Assembly (NCBI RefSeq): GCF_001949145.1
Contig: NW_019091357.1
Location: 3,868,228-3,932,227 of the forward strand
Source of the DNA: Acanthaster planci
Taxonomy: Eukaryota
Direction of reading: 5' to 3'
DNA length: 64,000 bases
A program made the translations under genes and the position numbers. Below are positions 38,301 through 50,400 of this stretch, one piece after another. The stretch's first letter is position 1. Each line of letters starts with the position of its first letter. Under the pieces are notes generated by a model. It worked only from the letters and a program-made list of their open reading frames with translations, ran no database searches and had not been told where the DNA came from.

Positions 38301-41300
38301 AGTATGTACTTGCCAAACATTCTAACGCAGACTAAAATCTCCAAATCTCGATATACACGTGCGTACAAACGGGAGAACGTTTCAATCATTTCGACTGAAA
38401 TTTACCTGAAGGACTCCCTTGTTTAGGAGAGATACAATATATGCAACCAGCAAACTCAGTAAACCGAATCCCATAGCTGTAGATGATAAAAACCAGATGA
38501 AAGATTTAGTGAGAAAAAAGGGGGAAGAGAGTTCACACAAAATTACACAAATTCAAAGTTTAGCCAAACTGAATAGCTAGATGTCTTCTTGAAGGACGTT
38601 TTAATCGGTGTAAAAAGATATATTTAAAGGTTCAGTCAATGATCTGTTGCCTCCACTGTGTTGTGTTAGCCACGGCCAATTCAACAAAACTACCGAAAGT
38701 TGGACGGCCTGGAAGTAACCTGCAAAAACTTCCAACTGCACGGGAATTAGGCCTTCAAGGTAATCACTTGCACTGCTGCATTGAAGACGAACCAAGTTGA
38801 ACATAATTATGTACTTCAAGTAGCCTATTCAGTAGCTACGTCTGTACTAAACGCGAGCTGATAACAGCAAACCACATTCAAGTAGCCCTGGCTTCGCTCG
38901 ACAGGCAGTCTGGGGAATATTCTATTGAGGCGGGGCGCTTTCACTCTCAAACAGAAATCAACTGGAGCTAGTATACTGAGGCACATGACGTATACCGACC
39001 TATCCCTTTAGTCACGAGTGTGTATCGCTCCTCTTGCATCTTCTTGAAACAGGGTCTGACGAGGTCTTCTGCAGTCACTGCTGCCAGCGAGTTCAGCCCC
39101 GAAGAGACGGTACTGAGAAGAATAAATATGGGACAGATTAAGACTCTCACTATTGTACACATGTAGAATTAGCATTAGGGTGGGAAGTGGAGAGACAGAC
39201 AACAGTGCTGTCAGGATGAGAAGGCGAAGTCTTACCTCAGTGCTGCGCTGAAGACAGAGGATGTAAACAACCCAGGCAGGCCTGGTAAACCTCCAAATAG
39301 TTCCATCACAAAGATGGGAATAAGCTACAAGACATGTAATCAGAAATACACGTTATCAGTTGAGAGCGTTGATGCAGCCAATCCCAAATTCACCCCACCT
39401 TATAGCCAAACCCAACTCGACATAACTCACCTAAACCCAATCCAACCCGACCGCCAGAAAAGGACACCGTGAAATTTAACGCCAACTCAACCAAAACCAG
39501 GATCACAATACATGTATTAGACTTTCAAATTTGGATCAAGTGATTCGTGTAAATCCACTAAATATTCCTAAGAACATGCCCACACCTGATCTGTTTGGTC
39601 GATTTGATTGGATGTGTAGGGATCACATCGCTGGTTGGCGTAGTAGGAATACATCACAAGACCGGCTGAGCAGGCGCATGACACCACGATTACCATGCCG
39701 ACAGTTGCGAGGTATAGTGAGCTGTACAACAAGGAATTTAAATATGGGAATTTGGTCGAATTAGCAAAATGCTGACCTGTAACTACTTGCCACTTTTTCC
39801 TGTACTGACATTATAAGACGAAAATTAACAAAGCAGGCCGTACACGTGATATGCATCATCGTCAGGTGGATACAAACATACATTGAATTCTACAGGCGGT
39901 TGACATAGTTTCGCACTTATTGCACTGGCACCCCTCAAGGCTGAGTAAAAAGGTGCCTCACCACATGTATGTATGTACGACAAAAAATCGACTCGTGTGC
40001 GTTGCGTTCGGCTGTCGAATACGCAACGCTGGCACAAAGTGTTAACGAGCATACGGAATGGAAGGCGCCTTTAAAATGTGATACTTGTTTACTCTGCGCT
40101 CAGCGAACAATTATGAATCGTGCGTACTTGAATGGTGAATCCCACAACTGACATCTCTCTCCCTTGGTTACGCGATCGTTAGTTCCCTGCACAAAGTCCA
40201 CGCAGACATACAGTGCATAATGGACCCCAAGGCTGACACTCACATTCTTGACCTCCTTAAGTTACCAACAGTCAGGTATCGCTGGACCTGTGATTGGTTA
40301 ACGCCGTATGTTGCTGTCCATGTGAAGCACCCACCGACTACAACCGACCAGAAAGTATGCCGGATGGAGGGATCTGGAGAAAAACTGAAAGACAACAATG
40401 GCATGTTATAAAGTGACAGAAGGTAGCCTAATACAGGAGCACTAATCTGACATAACAAAAAACTGACAACAAACAGAAAGGCAACTATAGGGCCTACAGA
40501 CGACAATGCACACCAAACAAAACCGTCTGACTGACAGCACAGTGTAAACCAAGGCGATAAAACGCAACACAAAATAGCAGTACTGCAACGCAAGAATCTA
40601 AACAATAACGGACCTAGATATAGACTTCAAACTTAATGATAAAACAAAAACAACATAACATTAATCTGCGCAACGCGTAGTAAAATGTAACACAAATTAG
40701 CACAACACAATATAAACAAGACACAAAACAACAACATACTTCCAGAAATCGATGCGTCCTCCTTCCTCTGCAATCTTCCAGACCTGTATGAATCCACCTA
40801 GACGCAGGGAGCCTTCGATGATGACGGCCAGAAATCCTGCCATCATTACGCACATTTGGAAGGCATCAGTCCAAAGTACAGCCTTCATGCCGCCCTAAAA
40901 AGAACCGAATATAAAGAATCGTTTAGTCTCTACAGCGCTTCTTCAGTATATTTCATGCAAACATCGTAACTCATTGACAACCTTTTCCTGGTCAGTTGTT
41001 TCAAAACAACCATGAGATTTCTTCTGAGTCTGAATCACGCCTTATCTGAAGCATGCACCGCCAACTTTTACTGAAATGTACATAACCTTTCAAGCTCCAC
41101 GAGCCTGTATTAGAAGTTTATTCAATTATAGAAAGAATTTGGCGAAGATGCAGCTTAAATATTCACAATTTCCATTCAACTCTTCAATTCAGCATTTTGC
41201 AGTAAGGTATTGCTTAATCACCATCGTCATCGACACCATCAATTTATGGACTCCAAGCTAACATTCCTCCCAAAGTTTAAAAACCAGCGCAAGACGTGAC

Positions 41301-43718
41301 CAAGATATCTCTTTACAAATTCATACAGGTTTGTCACGCAAAATGATACGTGGCAGTGATGTCGGGCAAACTGCAGACGTCATACTTTCCAGCCCAACCT
41401 TTTTTTCATACATAACTGCTGAACTTAAAACCACTATCAGTTTTCAAGAGATTATGAATGTTAAAACGAATGTTTTTAAGAATTATTTTGCCTTTTCAGA
41501 TTGGTTGCTTTTCCCCATTTTTATGTGGATTTTTAAAAAAAGCTACTAAACTTACAACTGTAGTATAAAATGTGCAGGCCACACCAATGGCAACCACGGA
41601 CCCCCACAAGCTGAGATTGGTCACTGTGAACAAGAAGAAGACGTATGCAATCAGTTTAAAAGCAAAAACGAAACAGCAAAAAGAACTATTGTATTTATGG
41701 AAAACAACGCGAAAAAATACCATGAAAAATCCATATCGCCGGATTCCAATAAAAAGTATTAAATTAAAAAAAAAACAAAATAAATAAACAAAAATCCAGG
41801 TACTGTCATTATTATCCAGAGTCGGGTAGGTTTTGCCAAGGTTAAAAAACTAAAGGTGCCTGTCAATTCAATAAGAGTCTGTGGCTTTATTAACACCATG
41901 CAGAATATGGTTGTCAACTGTCGCGCTGCTTGTAAAGGAGAAATAATTAAAGCATTTTATCTGTCGAATAATTCAAGCCATAAAAAGGTATAAAACTAGA
42001 ATTTAGTCACCTGCGTTAAATGCCAGAGCTGGAGCATAGATGACTATACCCATATAAAGGACCTTCAACAAAAAAAGGGGAAAACATTAAAATAAAAAGA
42101 TAACAGAGATGAAAGCATTCGCATGAGGCACAATAGCAAACGTTCGCTCAAGTTGACCTGCATCTTAGTCCATTGGGCCTTGCTATCATTAACCTGTGTG
42201 TCCAATCTTTTGTTCACATTAAATTCCACTTAAACGCTCAAAGAGCTCTACTGGAAATATTTTTTAAAAATTGTATGAACTAACCAAGTGGTCCCAAAGC
42301 TGTAAATGTTGATCTTTGTTCCCTGTAACCAAACAACGCCCAGTAATATATAGCTATATAAAGACCTTTTGTACTAATAGGAAAAAGCCATTTAACGAAG
42401 GAAACGTCACACTATCTGCGCGTTAGACTGACAAAACAAAATCAGGGTACTACCATTTGAAGGAAGTAGGTGAGAGTTCCTGCAACACGAACCACCTTGT
42501 TGAAGCGCTTTTCGAGATACTGTGAAGAGAAAGGAGTTTTCCCCCCAATTAATGGAATTTCTCTCGTGACAGAAAGTTCACCCTAACGCTGATCGTTGAA
42601 GCTAATTTAACCTTAACAATGCCTCTGTCCGTTGTCCTCTTCTGTATCATGCCACGCCTCGTCACTGTCGTTTGGGTTCTGTATTCAGGGTTGGTTTGTT
42701 TTATTTTGTTTTTTGGTTTTTAGTTTCTTGTTTATTTTCCTTTCACTCTCAATCTAATCCTTATCATCTTAACTTTTTGTTACCATAGTCATACACTAGT
42801 GACTGCCGTGTTCTGCGTCGTGGTCACTGTCAACGTCGGCAAAGCTATCAGCACCAGTACTATCGCCTGATCATCTAACTCACCATTGTCCTGATTACCA
42901 AATATTATTTCACTTAGCATCCTTACTGTCGCAATCCATATCAGTCTATCCATTCTGTGTTCATCTTTTCAACTTTTAACAATTCCTTCCACACTCTAAT
43001 CGATCATATGTTCACAATGTCTTTAATTTGTCGTCATTTTAGGGCATCTCAACATTTACAAGAAGCCGGTTGACATGAAACACTCAGTGAAGTACGCAAA
43101 AGTTAACAATGCCACTCATGAGTTACATCTGCACCGTATTTATTACCAGAACTCACATTTTCTTTTATTGGGGTGGATTCATCTCCGGAGGTTTTTGTGT
43201 GTTTTTTATTTCAATTTGTGTTTGGTTTTTGTTTTGAAATGAAATCACCAACGCTCCTGAGCCGATAGTCAGCTATTTTCCTTCATCTTTGAACATATGT
43301 TACCCGAAAATGTCGGGGTCACTTTGCCCGTCTTAAAAAAAAATCACACAAAACAAAAGAGACAAACCTCGTTTGCACTGGTTACGCCCAAGCGATAGAA
43401 GACAGGCAGGAACAACCTCGTCACGGCGATCCCTGTCAAGATGTAGGCGAACCCAAACAGCCAGAACATGGTGCCATAGATGTAGGTCTCGGCCGGCGTA
43501 CCCAGCACCGTGATGGCCGAGATGAAGCTAGCCACCAGCGACATGGCCACAGGGATGGGGTTCATGTTGCGGTCGGCCAGCAGGAACTCCTTGGTCGTCT
43601 TCTGCTTGCCTCCGGTGCAGCCGTAATAGATGCCGATGAAAACTGACACGGCCAGCATCAGCCCGAACACCACATAGTCCCAGACCTGGAAAAGTCGTTG
43701 GGTATCGTCGACGGCCAT
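35305..43718 (-). CDS. SLC5A8-like: Gene D: sodium-coupled monocarboxylate transporter-like, complete, 15 exons, 653 aa; close paralog of gene C
   Basis: Minus-strand exons 43718-43368, 42519-42454, 42062-42011, 41623-41556, 40894-40740, 40384-40244, 39721-39586, 39324-39236, 39112-39000, 38476-38406, 38137-38051, 37270-37068, 36734-36634, 36030-35915, 35517-35305. Exon sizes identical to gene C; same [19 protein letters not shown]-terminus; ends PATEM*. Confidence 0.95.
37419..37630. mobile_element. hAT-type MITE in gene D intron 11
   Basis: Perfect 12-bp TIR CAGTGGCGTAGC / GCTACGCCACTG and perfect 8-bp TSD CTGTGTTG (37411-37418, 37631-37638). Absent from the homologous gene C intron (~22375-22400). 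Confidence 0.9.
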
Positions 43719-46700
43719 GGCTCTCCGTAAGACGCTCCAAGTTATGCGTCTATCAGTGAAAACCACGAGGACCAAAAGTCCAAGTTCTTGTTTTGGCGAC
43801 GCTAGTTCTCCTAGAATGACGGGCTAAGATTCAATTTAATCGATCAGGTGCGGGTGTGACGGCGACACCTGGAAAAAACTTCAGCGTGGCCACAGTGACA
43901 AAGCAACCCGTAGCACGAACTCAGACGATGGCGAATTTCTCGCAGTCACACACTTGATGGACACAAAAGCTACGCAAACGTTGTTGAATTTAAAAAAGTG
44001 TGCAAAGGTGCATTCCACTTCACTACATCGCCAAATTAAACAGGCTATTCAACTGCCCCATAGAAAAAAACAAAAACAGAGCGGTAATTCTCTGCAGCCC
44101 GTGCGCATTGCATTCACAGTTTGTCACGTCAAAGGATGATGCATTTTTATAAAGACCAAATCGGGTTGTCATCTGTGGCCTTTTTATCGTTCTCTACAAA
44201 GCAAATAAATGTTGGTAAACAGATCGTGTGCTGTATATTGAAAACTTAAAAAAGACACACAATGGATAGGTGAAATGACACGTACGCCTTATTCTGATAT
44301 TCCCCCATGTCAACCGGGGCTACTCCCGTTCTGCCTTCAGAAGGTCGTAAAAATTACGAAAAATAAAAAAGGGATCATACATGAAGAGTGCAAATTAGAA
44401 CTCGACCTCAACAATCAAAGCCCTTTGTCGGATTAGAACTAAACTAGTAGCCACCTGGGGTGAGGTCTCGGAGGCTTGGTTCCCTCCCCCAATAAGTGCT
44501 GAAAAAGAAAGCTAACATAGGCTACCTACACCCCAAAGTACTAGCTCTTACATAGCCATACATTCCAGCCCTCTGTAGCGCAGCCACGGGGTGGGGAAGT
44601 GCCGCTAGAGCATCATGAGCTATTTTAGGGGGTGAATTCTGGTCTGAGCCCCCAACCCACACACACACTTTAACACAACCCCGCCCACCGACATACCGGA
44701 TTCGCCACTGCAACTCATATTATGATAGACGGGTGTCCTTATAATGCACTATTTGGTTTTTTTGGGGGGGTGTCTGCAAGAGGATAGCGCAGATATTAAC
44801 AGGTTAAGAACAGGTCCTTCGGGGTCGAGTAGGGAAAGTTATGGCCATTCTTGAAACGTTCTGTCGAGCTTGAATGACCTCTTGAAAATCAATTCTCGAC
44901 AAGTGGTGCTTGTAACCTCTGGAGAATGGCTGTTAGTAGGCATCTGCAAATAAACCGGCCATAAAGTTGTTTGATTGTCAGGTTATATGGAAGTCGCACA
45001 CCAAAGTAATTGCTGTAAACATCAGGGTTACTTGACACACAGGCAAATAACTGGGTCCTTATTGCCACATTGTGCCCTTAAGAGGGAGAAAATTCGATTT
45101 CGTTAGAAACTGGACTGCCCATCTAAGAATATGTCTTTCTTAATTAATAGCATTTCAGAGAAAATATACTGAATTGATTTTCGAACACGAAGTAATCATC
45201 GGCTGCAGCTGTTATTAACCCCCTTCGAACTAAAATACGCAACAATGGCGGTCTCGTGCTCCCGTGGTGTGATACAAGGGATTCTTTTTAGAAATGGTGC
45301 GCGTACGCGATAAGTACTCAGCATGGAAAAAAACAACTGGGTGTTTATGTGACTGTTCTGTGTAGTTAATTCGGATTAATTCAGTGTGCATGATAAAAAA
45401 AAACACATCACATGCAGATACTGCCATCCACTCTCCAGCTGCATATCCGAAATACATGTATATTTATACGCGTTCCATCATGGCGCCACTTGGGTCATAC
45501 CATTTTTCTAGAGGGGGGGTTTCCACGGAGGTGGCAAGCATTCATCAGCTTATTAAAACAACAGAAGAGGGTACATTTGAGTTTTTATGTTTCTTCACTA
45601 AAATTTGCATCCCTTTTCATCACATTTTGTTTTCCATTTCTTAATTTTTTCTTCATGCATCTTGCGTTTTTTCTTCTTAAATTCCCCTCCCCGTGACACT
45701 CCCTCACCCCCGCGACGCTAATGCGTATCATTTGTAATGATGGCAGCGTTTAAACTAATAGCTAAGCAAGGAAGACAACAGGATTGTGTAAAACGTCACT
45801 GGATTTTTAAACTAGCGGAGTTTCAGTACAATGTTTGTGTGCGTAGAGCCGATAGAATAGTGTATCCATTTTTGGAAACTAAAACAGTCCAAAATAAATC
45901 AAAGCGGGAGGTACATGGAAGTAACAACCATTTGTTCTCCAGAGTATCGTTTTTCCCTATCACTAAGCATCGGTGTTAATGTCCAAAACTAAATAAAGAA
46001 CTATACAATAAACGTTATCGGTTTAATTCCAAAGGTCCAGCCAGCACCATGCAAAATTTTCATTCAACGACTGGACTATGGGGGGGGCAATATTAACGAC
46101 AAAACTCCACAACGGGATGATAAAAATATTCAAAGGAGTTCTCTTTTTTCGTTGAAAGTGTTTAATTCCGTTTAATATAAACCCATTCCAAATGAAAACA
46201 GTTCACCAAAAGAGGTATGCTGAACCACGAGTTATAACCTACCATAACCAATAAATTGGGAGCATTAAACAATTCTTACAGGAACGACGCAACACACCTA
46301 AAGCATCTATTGTAACTACCAGATGTGAGATTGGAGGATTATAAAACATCCCGCGAAATAATCACCAGAGGTTTTAAGTTCCCTACAGCAGCGTAGGGTC
46401 TATGACATACATTTGTGTATCCCTTTAAAGACATACCTTAAAATACCCACTTCTTTTGTTCTATATCGACGTCAAGGCGTCAAAACACCTAAATGGTAAA
46501 TTCGGGATTTTTCAGATTGTGAAAGAGATTGTTTAAAAATTCGTAATGAAAAATCCTGAACTTTGGGAAACATCCTGACCAATCTCACCCCTGGTTATAA
46601 ACCAGAAAATGGAAAGCAGTTTGTTCCTGAGATAGCTGTCTGACGTGGCACATATAAAAAATCTAGACACTTCTATCACACGCAATAGAAAATATCATGC

Positions 46701-47443
46701 GTTCATTTTCAGGTTTTCGAACAAAATTTTCATTTGAATAAATTCTATTTACAAAAACTTCTCATTCGTTCGATGTTGCAATTTTCAGTTCATTTTCTGA
46801 AATCAAAATGAAAACATACTGATTATTTTACAAATTACAAGCCAATCCGCAACCCCCCCCCCAAAAGGGCCTATGTTAGATGTCAAAAACATCATTTTAA
46901 AAGAGCTATGCATGATTCTGATTAAAAGATCTAATAAAATACACGGTTTACAGTGAAATAAAAAAAAATCAGTTGTGAATCTAACCAATTAACGCAAACT
47001 TTAAGAATATGCAGTATTTCAACTAAATCTAAATAAAAAATCTACGTCAAATCAAAACACTAATCCAAAAAAATTGAAACTGCACAACAGAGATAGAGTA
47101 TAAAAATAATACATTGTGCAAAAGCAGCCTCGACAAATGGGGACAGAAAGTACAAAACGTATTTCATGACAGGACTTGAGACCGAAACTGCGCAAAATTG
47201 AGTCGCGTGAGGTCAAAATTTTGTAGGATCGGTTTATATAATGTTAATCAAATCAACGTTGACCCGACACCAAAACCAACTATGTATGTACAATTACCCC
47301 GTGTGGGTATTCAAGGGGATGAAGATGGAGAATGCGTGATCGGATTTCAAGTTTCGACGGAGTGTCCAAACAAGGCATTCAAGAAGTCAACTCTATATAT
47401 GCTGTTTGGGGACACTCGGGCCAACAGCCAACAGAAACTTTCC

Positions 47444-50400
47444 TTACAACTTGGTGTTAAACTCCATCTGGCCGTTGGGGTAAGGTGGAGGCAGCTCATC
47501 GGTGACAACCTGGTAGGATTCCCCGTTGCCGGCCTTATCAGTTTCGTCGGGCTTGTACTTTTCTTTCTCATTTTTCTCATCCGTGGAAATAGCCTTCTCC
47601 TATTTGAGTGGCAGAAATAACGGGGAAGTCGTTTTCAAAGTCATTCGTTTGCAAGAGTTTTGATAAACAAGATGTCCGGAGTTTACGCTGAACTACAAAT
47701 CCTCGAAACATTCAACTGGTTGGTCCCTCGAGCGAAACACGAAAACGAATACCGTATCTATTATGAACACAGGTATCTCTAAATGGTGACGGAGACTGGG
47801 AGGTTTGACCCAGAGCCGTATACAGAGAGAGTGGCGCCAAGCTTAGAGTTTGGAACCAAAATGGCTGTTTATTATGCGTGCGGTGCAGCATTCACTCATG
47901 GTGTATACTCATCGCCCACGTGCACTCAACGCATAATCCACCATTTTGTTTCCAACAATTCAGACACTCGTGTCGCAACTCTTTCTAATTAAACAGCTGT
48001 AGGTTGACCCACTCCAAGGCACAATGTGGGTTGATGAAAATCTCGATCAAAATTGATTCAGTGTGCTCGTTTCGTTCGTGTGCTATGTGCCTGTTTGTTT
48101 CACGCGGATCCTGATCGTGATCAGGGATCCAACGCTGCTTCACTGACATCAGAATCCATCCAATGGATAGCATCAACCAGCGATGAAATCACTGATCGAG
48201 ATCTAGATCCGTGTGAAACAAATATGGCATTGCCCATTGTTTTCCCACATGTGAGAGCTCTAAAGCCACCTTGTTCTCAACGAAGCCACTAAAATGTTCC
48301 TTTTACGTATTTACCGATGTCTTTGGAGTTCCCACGGTCTTCATAAATCTTAAGAAGTGTTGCCATTTTAACTTTGGACGGCACTGCTGGTTAAACTATG
48401 CTGATATGCTCTTTAGCACTGTGCCACAAATATTGGAACAGTGAATATCCTGCACGACGCATTGTCACAGATTAACCCAATATCGAGAGCTTGGCAAAGT
48501 GTATGTCTCACAGTGTTGAAAGGGTTTATGTCCATGCACTATATCGACGAGTAGCATATAGGGTTTATGGAGAGGTGTGGCGCGGTCAAAGCATTCCAAT
48601 ACCACAATTCACACAAACTGAGTTTGCGGTGCCGAAACCACCTCCAAAGGTTAAAGGTTAATATTCAGAAAGTAGGACACAACAAACTGCAGCAAAGAAC
48701 TGTTTATTAAGCTCTTAAAACAAGTATCAGTTTGACGCAGGGCTGTTGTATTGCGCCTGTAATAAAGTCTTCATATTGTTGCAACTCCCTTTTACTAGGT
48801 TAAAAAGTTTAATCCCGAACAACATGTGACTACACGAACTTTTTTTTCAAAGTTAAGGACAACGGTTGGACAGGGTGAAGAGTTATCCCGCGAGCTAAAA
48901 AACAAGGTCGAACATGGCGCGGTGCATCATCTAAATGTCTGTGATCCTGTTAAGGTTAGGCGTGATATTTGACCATGAAAAATGTTGAAAATGGAGGAAA
49001 CAGTGATAAATACAGAGATAAATACAAATACAGAGAGAAAAAACTTGAAATCTTTTCAAAAATGGGGGGAACATCTGCCCGGTTAAAAGGCCTTCCTGTT
49101 TAGTGGTTAGTAGTGGTGTTAGTGGCGTCGAGAGGGAATAGGGAAAATCCATCAAATCGTGTCAGAGTTAAGTTAAACACGAACAATAGACGGTGAAGCG
49201 GAACAAAGGGTTGTTGTTGTGAGATTGGGTTGTGGTACTGGAACCAGAGCAGTAAATATAAAGAGTAGCGCCGACTTCAGACTCTGGAACGAAAATGGCC
49301 GGTTATCATGTGCATATATTACAGCATGCATCTACTGTGTGCTAATTGCCCATGTGCGCTGACGCATAATCCGCCATTTTGGTTCCAACAAATGAGATTG
49401 TCATGTCGCCACTCTCTCTATGAACAGCTCTGACTGGAACATTAGGTTAACAACACCGTCAGCACGAGTCCACAAAGAACGGGAAACTTCCACGATCCTG
49501 ATCTCAACTTACAACATCTCTAAACTGCCATATCGAGATCTGTAGCAACGGTGCGTATCGGTTCCATTTTGTAATCGGAAAACTGAAAAATTCAGAGGAA
49601 ATTGAATTTAGACAAAAGAACAGACAGAATGATTGTGACAGGGATCGAGTACGTGGGGTGATAAGTAAAGAAATTATTTTATCTAAAAATGTTTTTTTTT
49701 TTTTTGGCAAAACATTAACGCTAAAAGCAGAAATATTTTCGACACGTGAAACATGTAGTCACTATCTACCTGTACTTTGATAACATCATCTGAGGAAGTG
49801 AAGTGTCTTCCTTGCAAATTGGAATTATTTCACTGTAAGATCATCTGTGTGGTTTGTTTAGCTTCAAGTTCTGTTTTTTAAAGCCCATAACGAAATCGAT
49901 CATACTCACAGAAAAATTTAACACAATCATCTTTCGGCCAAGAATGGAAAACGCAATTATAAACAATGATGCAAATTAGGGCGCATAAGCGTGATGTTCT
50001 TCCTTTGTTTCAGGTGTTTTTGCTTTGCTTTTTTTTTGAAAAGGAGATGAGAAAGACATGATGGAAACATTTTAGGAGAAAAAACGTAAAAATTCATAAA
50101 TGATGCTAGGCGTGCTCTTTTTTCTCTACAAAACAAAAAAAAGAGATGGCCGCAAATTAAGCAACAGAAATTTAAAGAGCTGTCGTCGAGTCTTTTGTGG
50201 GTCCATTAAACGAAGGGACACGGTGGGAGAAAGCAATTACGCGGTAGCGGGTCTGAAATACCCGGAATCTGAGTCAGAATATTTGGGAAAATGTACGTGC
50301 ACGTATGCCGCACATTTCTTGCGTACCATCGCCAAACTGTGTGACCTACCGCGCGCACTCGAAGCACTCAGTCATTAAAGTCGTGTAACTCTACCTGTAA

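Larger units (their letters stand above)
32165..44567 (+). repeat. Second unit of a tandem segmental duplication (first unit ~13255-29453)
   Basis: Colinear same-orientation homology covers the B 3' part/pseudogene, the intergenic spacer, genes C/D and their upstream regions, ending at ACTAGCTCTTACATAGCCATA (29428-29448 vs 44541-44561). Confidence 0.88.

Noticed and set aside
43719..43775. N-terminal extension of gene D in the ORF track (MVLVVFTDRR...)
   Set aside because: It starts at a non-ATG codon and is not conserved in gene C; the ATG at 43718 has a strong GCCATGG context.
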